Shown: in pieces, positions 46,192 through 59,277 of the stretch | How positions within the stretch are numbered: the first letter of the stretch is position 1 | Layout: every line of letters begins with the position of its first letter | Assembly: GCF_964204645.1 (NCBI RefSeq) | Contig: NC_134026.1 | Coordinates: 19,874,150-19,938,149 of the forward strand | From: Tubulanus polymorphus | Lineage: Eukaryota; Animalia; Nemertea | DNA length: 64,000 nt | Direction: 5' to 3' | Notes under the pieces: model-generated | Databases searched by the model: none | Told to the model about the DNA's origin: nothing | The model's input: the letters and a program-made list of their open reading frames with translations, nothing else | Made by a program: the position numbers and the translations under genes

Positions 46192-47451
46192 ACTAGGGGT
46201 CCAGGGACACCATGCCCACTTGGGAAGTGGTTCCAAATGCTCAACAATCTAACAATTTCAATATTCAACGCCCCCTGGTGACCATATACAGAATCCAATG
46301 ACCTTGAAACTCACCACAATCATAGAACATGTCAGCAGCTACGATTTTGTAATTGATTGTGATAACAAAATATGCCTCGTTACCACTATAATATGGAAAT
46401 ACTAAGTTATTCTACTATTCAATGCCCCCCTGGTGACCATATTCAAAACCCAATGACCTTGAAACTCACCACAATCATAGAACATGTCACGAACTATAAC
46501 TTTGTAATTGATCATGGTAACAAAATATGCCTAGGTACAAATATAATAAGGAAATAATAAGTTATTCTACTATTCAATGCCCCCTGGTGACCATATAGAA
46601 TAACTAATGGCCTTAAAACTTGCCACAATCATGGATGATATCATGAGCTACAACTTTGCAATTGAATGTGGTTACAAAATATGCATTGATACGAATATAA
46701 TATAGAAATACTAAGATATTGCATTATTCAACGCCCCCTGGTGGCCATATACAAAAACCAATGACCTTGAAACTCACCACAATCATAGAACACGTTATGA
46801 GCTACACATTTCTAAATGATTGTGGTAACAAAATACGCTTAGGTATCAATATAATGTGGAAAAACTTTTTCCCACTTACGAACGAGTACTGCTGACACCA
46901 AAATGGCCGCCAATTGCGTCATAATTGGCCGATGAAAAATACCTGTCTCAGGTATAAAACATCCCTTTCCAAAGAATACCCATCACAAATTGCAATGAGA
47001 AATGATAAAACAGTAGGAAGCTACAGGACTCAGAATTTGGGCCAAAATTAACATTTTTGGGCACTAAAAAGGTCATAGGACGGCCATCTTGAGTCCGATC
47101 GACCCAATTTTTGTTATGCTGATGGGCCCTGGGGGAATTCACATATATCCGAAAGATCAAAGCGTCTTCAAAATTTCCCTCAAAAAGTTCAAAAATGTGT
47201 AAAAAGTGCTGATTTTGGCGAACAACAATGGCTGCCAGTCGGCCATCTTGAGCTGAAGATGTGTCTAGGGTAGATACATGTGTAACCCAAATATCAAGAC
47301 ATTACCTTGAAGTGTCTTCAAAACTTCCCAAAATAACTGGATTCCGTCTACGGATGGACGGACGCTACGACGGACGGACGAACGGACGAACGGACGGACG
47401 AAAAGTGAACGCAATAGCCCGCTGGGACTAAAGTCCCAAGTGTGCTAAAAA
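46192..47451 (-). mobile_element. Helentron-associated non-autonomous element (HINE/DINE-like), copy 1
   Basis: Subterminal IR GCCCACTTGGG / CCCAAGTG(G/T)GC, terminal hairpin, (GGAC)n microsatellite, four ~150-bp internal tandem units, CTAGT end in T-rich context. Confidence 0.85.
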
Positions 47452-47765
47452 GCCGGTTCAGGTCACATATTTTTGAGAAAGTGGATATTTTGCCAACACC
47501 ATTATTCTCGTATCATAGGAACGCTATTTTAGGATAGTACCGGTAATGCATGGGGGAGGGGCTTGTGCCTTACTTGGACCCTAATTTTTTTAGAATTCCT
47601 TTTAACTTCAGTTAGAGCAAGAAGAAGTTCAGGGTGAGAAGACGGTCCAGACAGTTATTAGGGTAGGCCTATATTTATTCAAGTTCAGTGTTAATCGGAA
47701 AAATAACATTTTTCATTGGTGTGAGTAAGTCAACTATTGAATAAGATCATAAATAGAAGGCAGGT

Positions 47766-48217
47766 GATATTTTGCCAATGCGGCATTATTCCTGTTAACG
47801 CTATTTTGCCAATGGCATGCTCTGATTGGCTAATTGACGCCGCGCATGCGCACTGAGGTTCACGACTTAGAAAATTCAAGGAAAGTATAGAGAACAGAGT
47901 TAGAGAAAATAGTAGCATAGAGCGGGATTCGAAGATTGTTAGCCTAACGTCTTTCCACTAGACCACCGAGCTCCTCAAATTTTTCACTACATATAGCCTC
48001 AAATTACCCTACCCCTATCCCTAGAGGTAAACACGGATCCTAAACCTCACCCTAACCCTCTAGACCCTCCAGCAGACCCTAACCCGGTCGAAACCCTAAT
48101 CCTACACCCAATGTAATGATTTTATTGTTATATTTTATAACTATATCTTATTATATAGGGCTTATAGCCATTGGCAAAATAGCGTTTACTAAAATAATGC
48201 CGCATTGGCAAAATATC
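47766..48217. mobile_element. MITE with ~50-bp TIRs carrying a tRNA-like segment and CCCTAA-like repeats
   Basis: GATATTTTGCCAATGCGGCATTATT...AACGCTATTTTGCCAATGGC (47766-47816) is inverted at 48167-48217. Confidence 0.75.
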
Positions 48218-48386
48218 CACTTCCTATGGAATTTGCTATCACGTATCGTGAATTTTTACCCTAAGATATTCCATAAATATAACCATAATCATACCAAAAA
48301 TAAGATAACATAGGTTTTAGAGAAAAAATAGCTATATGTCAGCGAAATTCAAAGACATGCATCATAACGTACTTAATACGTTTCTA

Positions 48387-49639
48387 ACTAGGGGTCCAGG
48401 GACACCATGCCCACTTGGGAAGTGGTTTCAAATGCTCAACAATCTAACAATTTCAATATTCAATGCCCTCTGGTGACCATATACAAAAACCATGACCTTG
48501 AAACTCAATACAATCATAAAACATGTCAGCAGCTACGATTTTGTAATTGATTGTGATAACAAAATATGCCTCGTTACTAATTTAAAATGGAAATACTAAG
48601 TAAATCTACTATTCAACGCCCCCTGGTGACCATATTCAAAACCCAATAACCTTGTAACTCACCATATTCATAGAACATGTCATGAACTACAACTTTGCAA
48701 TTGATCATGGTAACAAAATATGCCTAGGTACCAATCTAATAAGGAAATACCAGGTTATTCTACTATTCAACGCCCCCTGGTGACCATATAAAATAACTAA
48801 TTTCCTTAAAACTCACCACAATCATAGATGATGTCATGAGCTACAACTTTGCAATTGATTGCGGTAACAAAATATGTATTGGTACAAATATAATATAGAA
48901 ATACTAAGATATTGTATTATTCAACGCCCCCTGGTGGCCATATACAAAAAACAATGAACTTGAAACTTACCCCAATCATAGAACACGTTATACGCTACAA
49001 CTTTCTAATTCATTGTTGTAACAAAATATGCTTAGGTAACAATATAATGTCGAAAAACTTTTTCCCACCTACGAATGAGTACTAATGACACCAAGATGGC
49101 CGCCAATTGCGTCATAATTGGCGGATCAAAAATACCTATCTCAGGTATAAAACATCCCTTTACAAAGAATACCCATCACAAATTGCAATGAGAAATGGCA
49201 AACCCGTAGGAAGCTACAGGACCTAGAATTCTGGCCAAAATTGACATTTTTGGGCACTAAAAAGGTCATAGGACGGCCATCTTGAGTCAGATGGACCCAA
49301 TTTTTCTTATGCTGATGGGCCCTTGGTAGATTCAAATATATTCGAAAGATCAAGGTAATTGATCATATCGTCTTCAAAATTTCCCTCGTAAACTTCGAAA
49401 ATGTGTAAAAAGTGCTGATTTTGGCGAACAACAATGGCTGCCAGTCGGCCATCTTGAATCTGATAGGGCCAGTTTTTGGGCTGAAGATGTGTCTAGGGTA
49501 GATACATGTATAAACCAAATATCAAGACATTACCTTGAAGCGTCTTCAAAACTTCCCAAAATAACTGGATTCCGTCTACGGAAGGACGAAAAGTGAACGC
49601 AATAGCCCGCTGGGACTAAAGTCCCAAGTGGGCTAAAAA
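48387..49639 (-). mobile_element. Helentron-associated non-autonomous element, copy 2 (partial copies ~54170-54415 and ~61112-61348)
   Basis: Colinear with and highly similar to 46192-47451, including termini and tandem units. Confidence 0.85.
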
Positions 49640-50068
49640 CGGACCTATGTTGTACCAAACTCAATAACAAACGTATTATCGTATTTTCTTCTAGCCTCGA
49701 GTGAATCGAATTATGAGCGAAAATAAGCACCAATAGCAGGATTTTCGTCGTCATCGTAACCCGAGAAATAGGCGAATTAAATGCTACCCGAAAGTTTTGA
49801 GAAAAGGTAACTGGGTAATATTTAAGTATTATTTTCACTAAATAAAAGTAAATCGCCAAATTTTAATATTTAAATAAGACTGCGCCTCTCTAGACTCTAG
49901 GTCTTTTGGTGTTTGGTTGTAACACTGTAAATTCACCTCTGTTGACAGCTACCTAAGCCAAAATTTCAGTCTTCAATATTTATTCAAAGTTGATACAATC
50001 GAGATTTATGGCCAAATTTAGGCCCTGCACGCATCCGAAATGCGAAAACTGCCGCCTTGTGAAGTCGG

Positions 50069-50101
50069 GGGTTTTCCCCACAATATTCTATTTCCGGGTT
50101 C
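50069..50101 (-). promoter_or_regulatory. Putative ERCC6L2 promoter / 5'UTR exon region
   Basis: CpG-richer patch between the RNFT 3' end and the ERCC6L2 first coding exon; GAACCCGGAA and GGGGAAAACCC motifs; candidate donors near 49935-49953. Confidence 0.4.
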
Positions 50102-51615
50102 CCCGAAGATTTTTACTCGCTTGCCACAGTCGGAATGAGTTAGTTCACGTGTTCACCGCTACTGATACATAGACGGGCAGCACTTGGCAGTCATTATCTA
50201 AAATATCTGGCGGTTTTGAGAAAGAGGATAACAATTCTGCAACTCTTGACACACATCTTTTTCGAAACAACTAAGAACAAATTAATGATTTGGCAAAATG
50301 ATTCACCATCCATTGATTTACCTCAGTTGTACGTACATGTATTGACTAAAACCCACTGAATCCCCGGCCAACTTTAAGCCAGGGAACAATTTCCATGTCA
50401 CAACAGATAAGAAACAACTTACAGTAGGCTCCCCCTTATTCGATGCTCACTGGATAACCTGGTAAATTGCTCTGTAAGTCGGTGAGTTATAGTGAAATTC
50501 ATTTGGTAGAAACTTTCAATTTCCCCCCCCCCCCCCCCGATTCTCAGCTCAGTATCCTGCCTGCATCCTATTGAAATATTTTAAGTCCCAACACTACCAG
50601 GTAAATCAGGTCGAGTCCTACGATTTTCACGAGGGGTAGTCACTGTCCATTAGTCATCTAATCTATCCGTCAAGTTTATCAAAGCATCCTTGGAATACGA
50701 GTAAGTCCTCGAATAAAATAACCTCAATGCAGTTCAGCAATTTTGAATAATAAGTGGCAAGATTTATTAATCGTAGACCTCATGATCAATCTCACAAAAA
50801 GCATCGAGGGCATTTTCATACTTTTCACAACCTGTTCTGGAAATAATCAATTAGAAAAACTCGATTATCTTAAATACAATCAATTTATTTCAATGCATGC
50901 AATTATAATTCTCTTATCTACATCAGAAATGGCTTTAGTCTATGCTTTAGTCTTGATCAGTCGTACCTATCACCTCTAAAAGCTTTTCATGCTGTATTTT
51001 TCTACCTGAACTTTATAACTTTTATTTTCTAAAAAACAAAAGAGAAAATTTCATCGTTATTACATTTTGCTAATGAAAAGCCCTTCTGCCATGGCAAGAG
51101 ATTAGGAGTTTAGAGCCTGGAAGTGAACCTCACTACAACCTCGTTGTACAAAGTCTTAAATCGCTTTTTGAAAATGTCTGGTGTATCTATTCCATTTGTT
51201 TTCGTTTTTTCAATTAGAAGTATTGAATTATTTGAGAGGATGAGTCCAGGCTGCAGATCAAATGAGGTTGGAAAGTACATGTATAGGGGTAGGGATCGTT
51301 GTTGGAGCACCCAGTTAACTCAGCCTAAAAAATGATACCTCGTTTCTCCTAATCAACTGGATCATTTTGTAAACTGCAATAAAATTTGTGATAAGCTCAT
51401 TTCTATACCGGTAGCTGCTGGGTCTGTTATGGTTTGCACTGCACGACCCCCGTACTAACATCGTACCCAAGTTTCATCAAGATTGACCCACTAATAACAA
51501 AGCTAAGTTACTGAAAGACTCACGATAGACAGCATGAAAATGAGTCTCACAACGGAAGCCCGGGAACCAAAATACTTACACTGTTGTTGATAGAACTTGT
51601 TGGAATGTAGTTTAT

Positions 51616-54600
51616 TCAATAGAGTTGTATGGCAGCTGATGTGGAGCCATCCCTCCACGTAGGATTATCAACGATATTAGCGCGGCACATTGGACAGGTT
51701 CTCTCTCGATCGAACCATAACGAAACGCAGTCCTCGCAGAATATATGCTGAAAACGTGAAGTCGTGAAATATAAATGCGTTAAGTAAAGAATGCACCTGA
51801 TTAGCTAAAATGAACATGAATAAAAATCCTATATCAGTTCAGAATATAAATTCAATTTTGACTAACTTAATTTTGAAAAATATAACAAGAAACAAAATTC
51901 CTAATTGTATTAACCCTTTCAGTGCGTCTACACCGCAGTGCGGTGTATGAATCGGTGATGGATTTTGCAAGTACACCGCACTGCGGTGTATTGATTTAAT
52001 TAGTAATTATCTCTCCTGAAAAATGGCAGCACCTGTCAAACATAGTGAAATACTAGTAACTTACGATACACCGCACCGCGGAGTAGACGCACTACGGTGG
52101 TATTCCCGTTATTCAACACACTAGGGCGGGATTTTTCAAAATTATCTCCAGCACTATAGGGTATTGATTAGTCAGCACTGAAAGGGTTAAATACAAGTAT
52201 GGACTTTCCTAAATTTACATCATCGTGCATGTTTACTCCATAAACAAAATTAAATGTAAGTTAAGTATACTCGTAACTGCTTGAGTCCAAGCAGTTATAA
52301 TTCATAAAGATTTCATTCTAGGCCTATTCCTTATTCTAAAGACTAAGAATATGCACGCTTGCCGTTTATGTTTACTAGGCTGGCGCAGTTGCTAGAATCA
52401 TTTGTAGATTCTGGGAAAACTTTAACTTAGGCGAGGCACGCTTTTCATTCATATACATGTATCTAGCTAGCAGCAGTGAATAGATCAATACACCACATAG
52501 CAGCAAGTCTGTGTGACTCGCGTGTGTGCGACTCGCGTGTGTGCAAGCCATGAATATACTGGCACGTAAAAACGCAAGTGCGCTTTCGAAAGGAAATGTA
52601 GTTCCAACAACAAATAAATAACAGATTCCAAAATCAATTTATATTCAGAGGCGACTACTCTGATAGATAATTTCCCAGGTTGCTTAAGATTTCAGGGCTT
52701 TCAAGCAACTTTTGATCTTCAAATGCTGGTGCGAGCAAATATCTTTCTAATCAAAGCTATAACACCGTTAAAACTTAAGCTCAACTTGAATATTTACCTT
52801 ACAGCTCAGGATGATTGGTTCTTGAAAATGGTCCTGACATATCGGACACGAATCGCCAGCATTTTTCACGTCATCATCTCCGGCTAATTTACCGAAAACC
52901 TGAAAACGAACGATCAATCACGATTAGAAAAAGGTTTCGTCATCCATTTTATTTTCATCGTAAGCAATTTAGGCCAAAACCCACTTAAGATTATGATAAA
53001 TGAACAGAATTGTAGAAATATTTTGCTTTGAAATTTTCCTTATGAATCGCCAAGTGGGGATTTTTACCTACTAACAAGAATTGTGGAGTCTTACCTAGAT
53101 GATTTTTACCTACATTACCTATTAGCCTGAATGCAATCTCAACGGACTGTACTTAGTCGTGTTTATCGAAATGAATAAAAGCGCGCATTTATACGTACCG
53201 AATCGACGTAGAATTTAGCCCAGGCATCTCTTAATTCCAGCGATTTATTCCACATCATTATCATCTGGATTTAAACCGAAAGCAACATATGTCATTTCTA
53301 TTACGGCGTTCATGTCCTGCACGAGGACTGTACAGCACCATTTCACCCGATGAGGTCTGTGGTTAAGCCATGAAATATTTCAGTACAATTACCATTGAAC
53401 AATCAGTTTTTATATCAATGAGGCATGTTAAGGACCAAGGATCATTACTATCATTAGTACAGGTTAAAAATTGGGCCTTTTTTAATCATTTGGAGCATGG
53501 ATCCAAATCCCAGAATTCCGCAAAAATCCTCAAATTGTTATGCCCATCTGTTATGTTTTATTATGCCCATCTTGATTATCAATCTAGTAACTTGTAAACG
53601 TTATGTTCATCTTAATTTTCAATCTGGTGATTTGCAAAAAGGGAATTTTTTTTTCATTTGTCCCATCATCTGAATCGAATTCATCACAATTTTCAGTCAT
53701 TTTTTTCTGCAGTTTTTATGAGGAAAATATTCAAATGAAAAATAAATCATTTCTATTTCTTTTCCTGTCCCCTTCCATTTCAAAACGCCTATTATGAAAA
53801 ATTTCATATTTTCGTGAAAAGATCCGTACTCCAAATATTTCAAAAAGACCTTACATGTACTATGCGTACGGCTTTGAGCTGCAAATATGGGTACCGGTAC
53901 ATACCTTACATACTAGATACACGATAAGCAACACTGCTGAAAACCATTGCCCGCCGTTCACCGTGTCGGTGAGGAAATAGTACCACGGTGTTACAGGAGT
54001 TAAACATCGATAAAACTGACAAATATATTCCACGATCATGTAGTATTTACCCTAGAAACGATATATGATAAAATAAAATTTCAACTTTTTTCATGGGGAA
54101 TTTTTCATTCTTTTAATATTTCTTAATATAAAAAAGTCCATTTCAAGACCAGTTTCACTTCGATAATCCAGTTCTTTTCCCACCTACGAATGAGTACTGG
54201 TGACACCAAGATGGCCGCCATTTGCGTCATAATTGGCTGATCAAAAATACCTGTCGCAGGTATAAAACATCCCTTTCCAAAGAATACCCATCAGCCATTG
54301 CAATGAGAAATGGCAAACCAGTAGGAAGCTACAGGACTCAGAATTCAGGCCAAAATTGACATTTTTGGGCACTTAAAATAGGACGGCCATCACGAGTCCG
54401 ATCGACCCAATTTTTGTTGGAGTCCATATATGTTCCCTACGTTCATTACGTAGAAACACATTCATGTAATAGTGACAGTGTTTTTGTAAATAACTAAACT
54501 AAAACTAAAAGCATAGCGTTTTTCATTTCATGTACGACTTACCCTTCGTTTGAACGGGATCACCGCTCGTGGTAGAAGTGTTATCACAGTTTTCAGTATG

Positions 54601-57600
54601 ATTGCGATGAAGCGAATTACGAAATCGGTAATTCCCAAAACCCACAGTAACGTCCAGAAGTCGACGGTCGCACCAACGTTCGGCAGTTGGAATATCAAAC
54701 TGCAATCGAAAATATTATCGTATTTGATAATAATTAATAATATTTATTTCGCCATGTATATATGCAGTATAAATGATATATAGATTACAAACAATTTACA
54801 CACGTACATGGCAGGATGCGTGGAAAGCCAATGGAGGCAGTGTCCCGTAGGGATCCAAGCACCCACAAAAAAAGATCAAAATTTAATGAGATTAGGTAGA
54901 ATGAGGGTGAAATGGGAAAGCGAAATGGGAGTATCATTCGAAGAGCATCAAGACAAGCCATAGACAATGGTTCCTGGGCTCAGGCTTCAACTGGAACTCC
55001 GAAATTGTTAGTTCCCATTGCATTTAGGATATGTTGTACCTGGGCCCAATAGCTAAATAAGTCGAGACAATTTTTGGAATTTAGACCCCGTTCCTCAGTT
55101 ATGACATCATCCTTCAAGGTAATTTCCCTGAAAAACAGTTTATAGTGCCTAGTTCTGCTGCTAGGTGGCGCAATGGGCCCATTGTTTGCACTGCATAACT
55201 AGACCCCCTTATTGAAATCGTACCCAAGTTTCATCAAGATCGACTCGCTATTAATGAAGCAGAAAGGCAGATACACACAGGCCTACACACTCACAGACAT
55301 AGCCTACTAGACAGTACGAGAATAAGGGTCTCTCACGGAAGCCCGAGAACCAAAAATTCATAGGGTATCGTAATTTTAGTTATATTACAATACAGTCCAC
55401 CCGCTTAGATTTCATACGGGCTCAGCCTACTAGACAGTACGAGAATAAGGGTCATACGGATAGATTTCATACGGGCTCAAAAATCAAGAAATCCAGTGCA
55501 CATTAGTGAACTTGGTGGATCATCGCTGGCCGAAGCAGCATTATTGCCAGGTGCTCGTTCCAGCAAGTCACAATCAATTACCATACGATACCTTAAATAA
55601 AGCTTCTGTTCTCGTAAAACGTAGTAGATAATGAGTATGTTTCCGACGAGAAAACCGACTAATCCGAGTAACTTTCCAGTCGATCGCAGCTGTTGACTAG
55701 TATCGTTTTCCTGAAAAATGTGAAGTCAAGAATCTAAGCATTTTTGGCGCAGGGGCAACTGAATAATTGATCACAGGCAATATAATATGTATATCACTAA
55801 GGCCCTACCTTTTGTGCGATCTGTTTTTTCAGGAAGGCATTAGTCTGATAAAATGTACCGTACAGCCCGACAAGAATGAGAATACCTATTAAAACAGAGA
55901 TTACAAGCTGCAGTTGAGTACCAAGCCAGAGAGAAGGCCAATACTAGTTGCCTTATAAAAGTTTCAAATTTTCAAACCAAAACTTAACATGTTTAGATTG
56001 AATACTAGACGGCTATAGGCGCCAGCAGAATACAGGCCCCCCGCACCGCAAAGGGAGCTGTTGCAACTGTGCATGCATCATACAACAATATCTATCAAAA
56101 ATACAATATATGCGAATTCCTTGTCAAATCTATTTGAATGTAATGGAATTCTGGTTCCTACAACATCTTTATCGAGATTGAGGGTCTTGCAAGGGGAAAA
56201 TTGTGATTTCATTCATTCAAGTAACCCCATATCACACAGAAAGTGATGGTCACGTAATAAATCAACAGTTTCTATTTTGAAATTGATTGATTTTATTACG
56301 TTTTGTGTTTATCAATGTTGTATTTTTCTATTACACCTCCACTTAAATCATTCATCGATCGTCTTAAACTAGGGCTTATGGACGCAAGCGAACTCAGTTG
56401 TCATCATGAAGTGGCTGGCTATCAAATTTTCTGATCTCATGACCTTCAAATGACCTTGACCTTTTTGAGTCTCAAATTGTATTTCATTTTAAATTGTCAT
56501 CTGGGCATGGTCATCAAATTGCGACGGTTATGACTGTAGGCTATACCGTGAAAAACTAATTAAAACAGGTTCAATGTATGAAATTCTGGAATAAATTTCA
56601 GATAAGTCGTATGTACGAAGACTTTATCAGTAAGTATCGCATGATATTTTATTTAGTCACATTTCATTGAAAGCCACCTTATCAACAAAAGTCAACTAAA
56701 AATGTGAATTCAACAGTTGCAAAATAAATTTTCATGTAGTTCCTATACGGCACACAGGGCTAGCTAAAGAGATCCGATTGGTTAGAATTCATATTGTTTT
56801 CGCAACAGCCTAAATTCTTATATCCGTGGTATATCATGTACCGCACAATAAGGAGATCAAAATATTTACACAGATTTTTTACGACTTGTCACTTGTTACT
56901 TTTTTTTAACACAGAATTCAAGCGAACATCATCTATTTTTCACATCGTTGACCCCTGACATATCCGTGTCTTTGTTAAGGCACACTATTCATGGTTATTG
57001 AAAACATGGACAATCTTCAAGATCACGTTCCATAGGTCTGTGATAGATCTAACTCTCTTGAGTTACAATAAGTTCATATTCAATGTTCAGACCATGATAT
57101 TCAGAGAAGTGGTACATGTCATTCTTCGACTTTAAGAGGAAACACCAGGCACAAATCCGAAAGGTCTAATGGGCTTTGTACAAGACTCTCGAATGTTTTG
57201 ATAAGCCCAGTTATGAATGTACTCTTAACAACATTTTACACTGCCATATTACATGGAATCTTAAAAACTTCTCTTGCAAAATTAGTAAGATAAGGACAGG
57301 TTTTGTGCTTAATAATTGCTGTAAAATGCATGTCTCACCCATCAACAAAGGTAACACCTTTTATAATCTATGTCCAGTGGCAGTTGTACCGATGTGACGT
57401 TAAGTAAATTGTAAGAAGAAGGGTGTTTTCGCGTCAATTGACTATGCATAAGCACAGGGTTGCACACACAAATTGATTTGAAAAATAATTTAAAGAAAAT
57501 TTACAGAATTTAAGGGGGACTGCGGGGATTTGAGGGGGAAACTCAGAATTCTCGAGTTTTTAACCCCTGGGCCCGGTTTCACGAAAAAGTTTAAGCCTAA

Positions 57601-58275
57601 ATCGGTTATGTTTTAATTGTTGTCCTCATTGAAAACATGAAGTAACCAATGGCAATTATACCAAAAATTTTAGTTTAACTTGTTTGTGAAACTGGGCCCT
57701 GGGGCCGGTTTTATAGGCAGGTATTACTGGGATTGAATCCACAGGTAAACACAATTTACTTCAATAAAGGTAACCCCTGGATTAAAGGTAATAATGGTCT
57801 CTAAAACCGGGGCCCTGAATATAAGGGTATATAAGGAATTCGAGGACCCGTCGGGACCCTGTAAGTACTCACCGAATCGGTGTTCATATAACAGTTTACA
57901 CAGAACTAACAGTATGAACGGCGCGCTGTGTTGCATCAATTTCCACACTATTTTCAACGGCGCAACGTTCTGTCCATTGTTATTGTTATTACCACTGGCG
58001 TGTGTATGCCCGGCAGCGCCACCGCTGCCACCGCCGGCAGTTGCCGTGTTCTGATGATTCATCGTTTCCGAATCCGACGAGGGCATATTGACGACGAAAC
58101 TACCGTCGTTGTCTTCGTCGGACGGCTCCTGTTGACTCGACGTCGAGTTATTATCCGAGCTGCCGGTCGCCGCGTTCGTTCGAGCCTCGTTTAGGTCGAG
58201 GTTCGGGAAATAGTTTTGCAGAACGGCGGCGATCTCCGGCGGAATTTGTCGCTGTTGGCGACCGCTCGACGCCAT
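51616..58275 (-). CDS. RNFT2: RING finger and transmembrane domain-containing E3 ligase (RNFT1/RNFT2 family), ~8 coding exons
   Basis: First exon ends [17 protein letters not shown]; middle exons are hydrophobic ([29 protein letters not shown]); C-terminus [60 protein letters not shown] is typical of RNFT1/2. Likely co-orthologous to both. Confidence 0.9.
51914..52186. mobile_element. piggyBac-type MITE, copy 2 (opposite orientation to 38641)
   Basis: TTAA flanks at 51910-51913 and 52187-52190; same TIR and internal sequence. Confidence 0.92.
54963..55355. mobile_element. Second HINE-like interspersed repeat family (relatives ~30560-30740, ~36730-37070, ~51410-51573)
   Basis: Subterminal IR GGTTCCTGGGCT / AGCCCGAGAACC; shared CCTAGTTCTGC..CTAGGTGG..GGGCCCA..GTTTGCACTGCA and GTACCCAAGTTTCATCAAGAT blocks. 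Confidence 0.7.
57570..57814. mobile_element. Two adjacent PIF/Harbinger MITEs (57570-57698, 57702-57814)
   Basis: GGCCCGGTTTCAC..GTGAAACTGGGCC and GGGCCGGTTTTA..TAAAACCGGGGCC, each flanked by CTG. Confidence 0.8.
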
Positions 58276-59277
58276 TGTTGTCGTGATTTGCTATCTAATC
58301 TGCAATCGGAGGGAATAAATTTCTAATCAAAAGGAATTCGTCCAAAAAATTGTTTAAAAAAAGCCTGATGACATTTTTGAAAATTTAACGCTGTGCATCT
58401 CCTCAAAGTCGACCCATATCAGTATAATAAAGAGTTGATTGAATTAAAGAACTATTGCACAATCCTTTTTTAGAAGTCTTTTTGTTTTAAAAACAGTACG
58501 TTCCTCCTGGAACTGCTGAACTCAAAGTCAAACTGTCAATCAGGAATCATCAACAGAGATCATTCTCAGCCTAGGCTACTCTTCACGTTAGTCATTTGAA
58601 TTTGATTCGATAAGTACAATACAATACTTTAATAAATTTATTTACGATGAAATTCATGCGACGTAGTATTCAATTAATCATTACCTAATTGTTTAAAGTG
58701 ATCCTGGTCCAAAAAATGCAGGGCTTTTCACGAAACTAATATTACACATACGGCCTCAAAATCTTCTATACTGCAGTCGCTGCAGCATATCCCGTGAGAG
58801 GTCCTGAACCGCGAAGGCGCCAAATGGCAGTAAGAAGATAGAAACTCTGATTAGGCGTGACGACTGAAAAAGTACTATACTATACTTTCGATTCTCTTTT
58901 CTGAAATCCGAACTTCATGATCATGGTTAAAGTCATGTTTAGACGTGAATGAAATTAAAAAGTAACCAATGCGACCTCCAACTACATGTAGGGCGCCTGG
59001 TGTCCCGTGTGCGCGCATACTAGGATCTTCATAACACAAGAACCCGGAACTAATATTATTGGGAAATTCGGGGAAAACCCAGATCCCAATCCGCTTGTTT
59101 TCATTTTCGTTTTCGTTTTCGTTTATAAGCGAGACTTATTTAATTAGGGATTGGATATGTTTGCCGGTACATTATCCGCGAGCGTTTTAATTATTAGCAA
59201 GGTACCAGTAATCGTTTTTGGCTTAATTGTTTTCATTTCAGAAATGGATTTACAATACACCTGACGGCCAATTCGTC

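Noticed and set aside
47921-47974. tRNA gene
   Set aside because: A/B-box-like motifs are present but the spacing is too short and no full cloverleaf forms.
57724-57872. C-terminal part of the 183-aa ORF
   Set aside because: Lies beyond the RNFT splice donor and runs into Harbinger MITEs.
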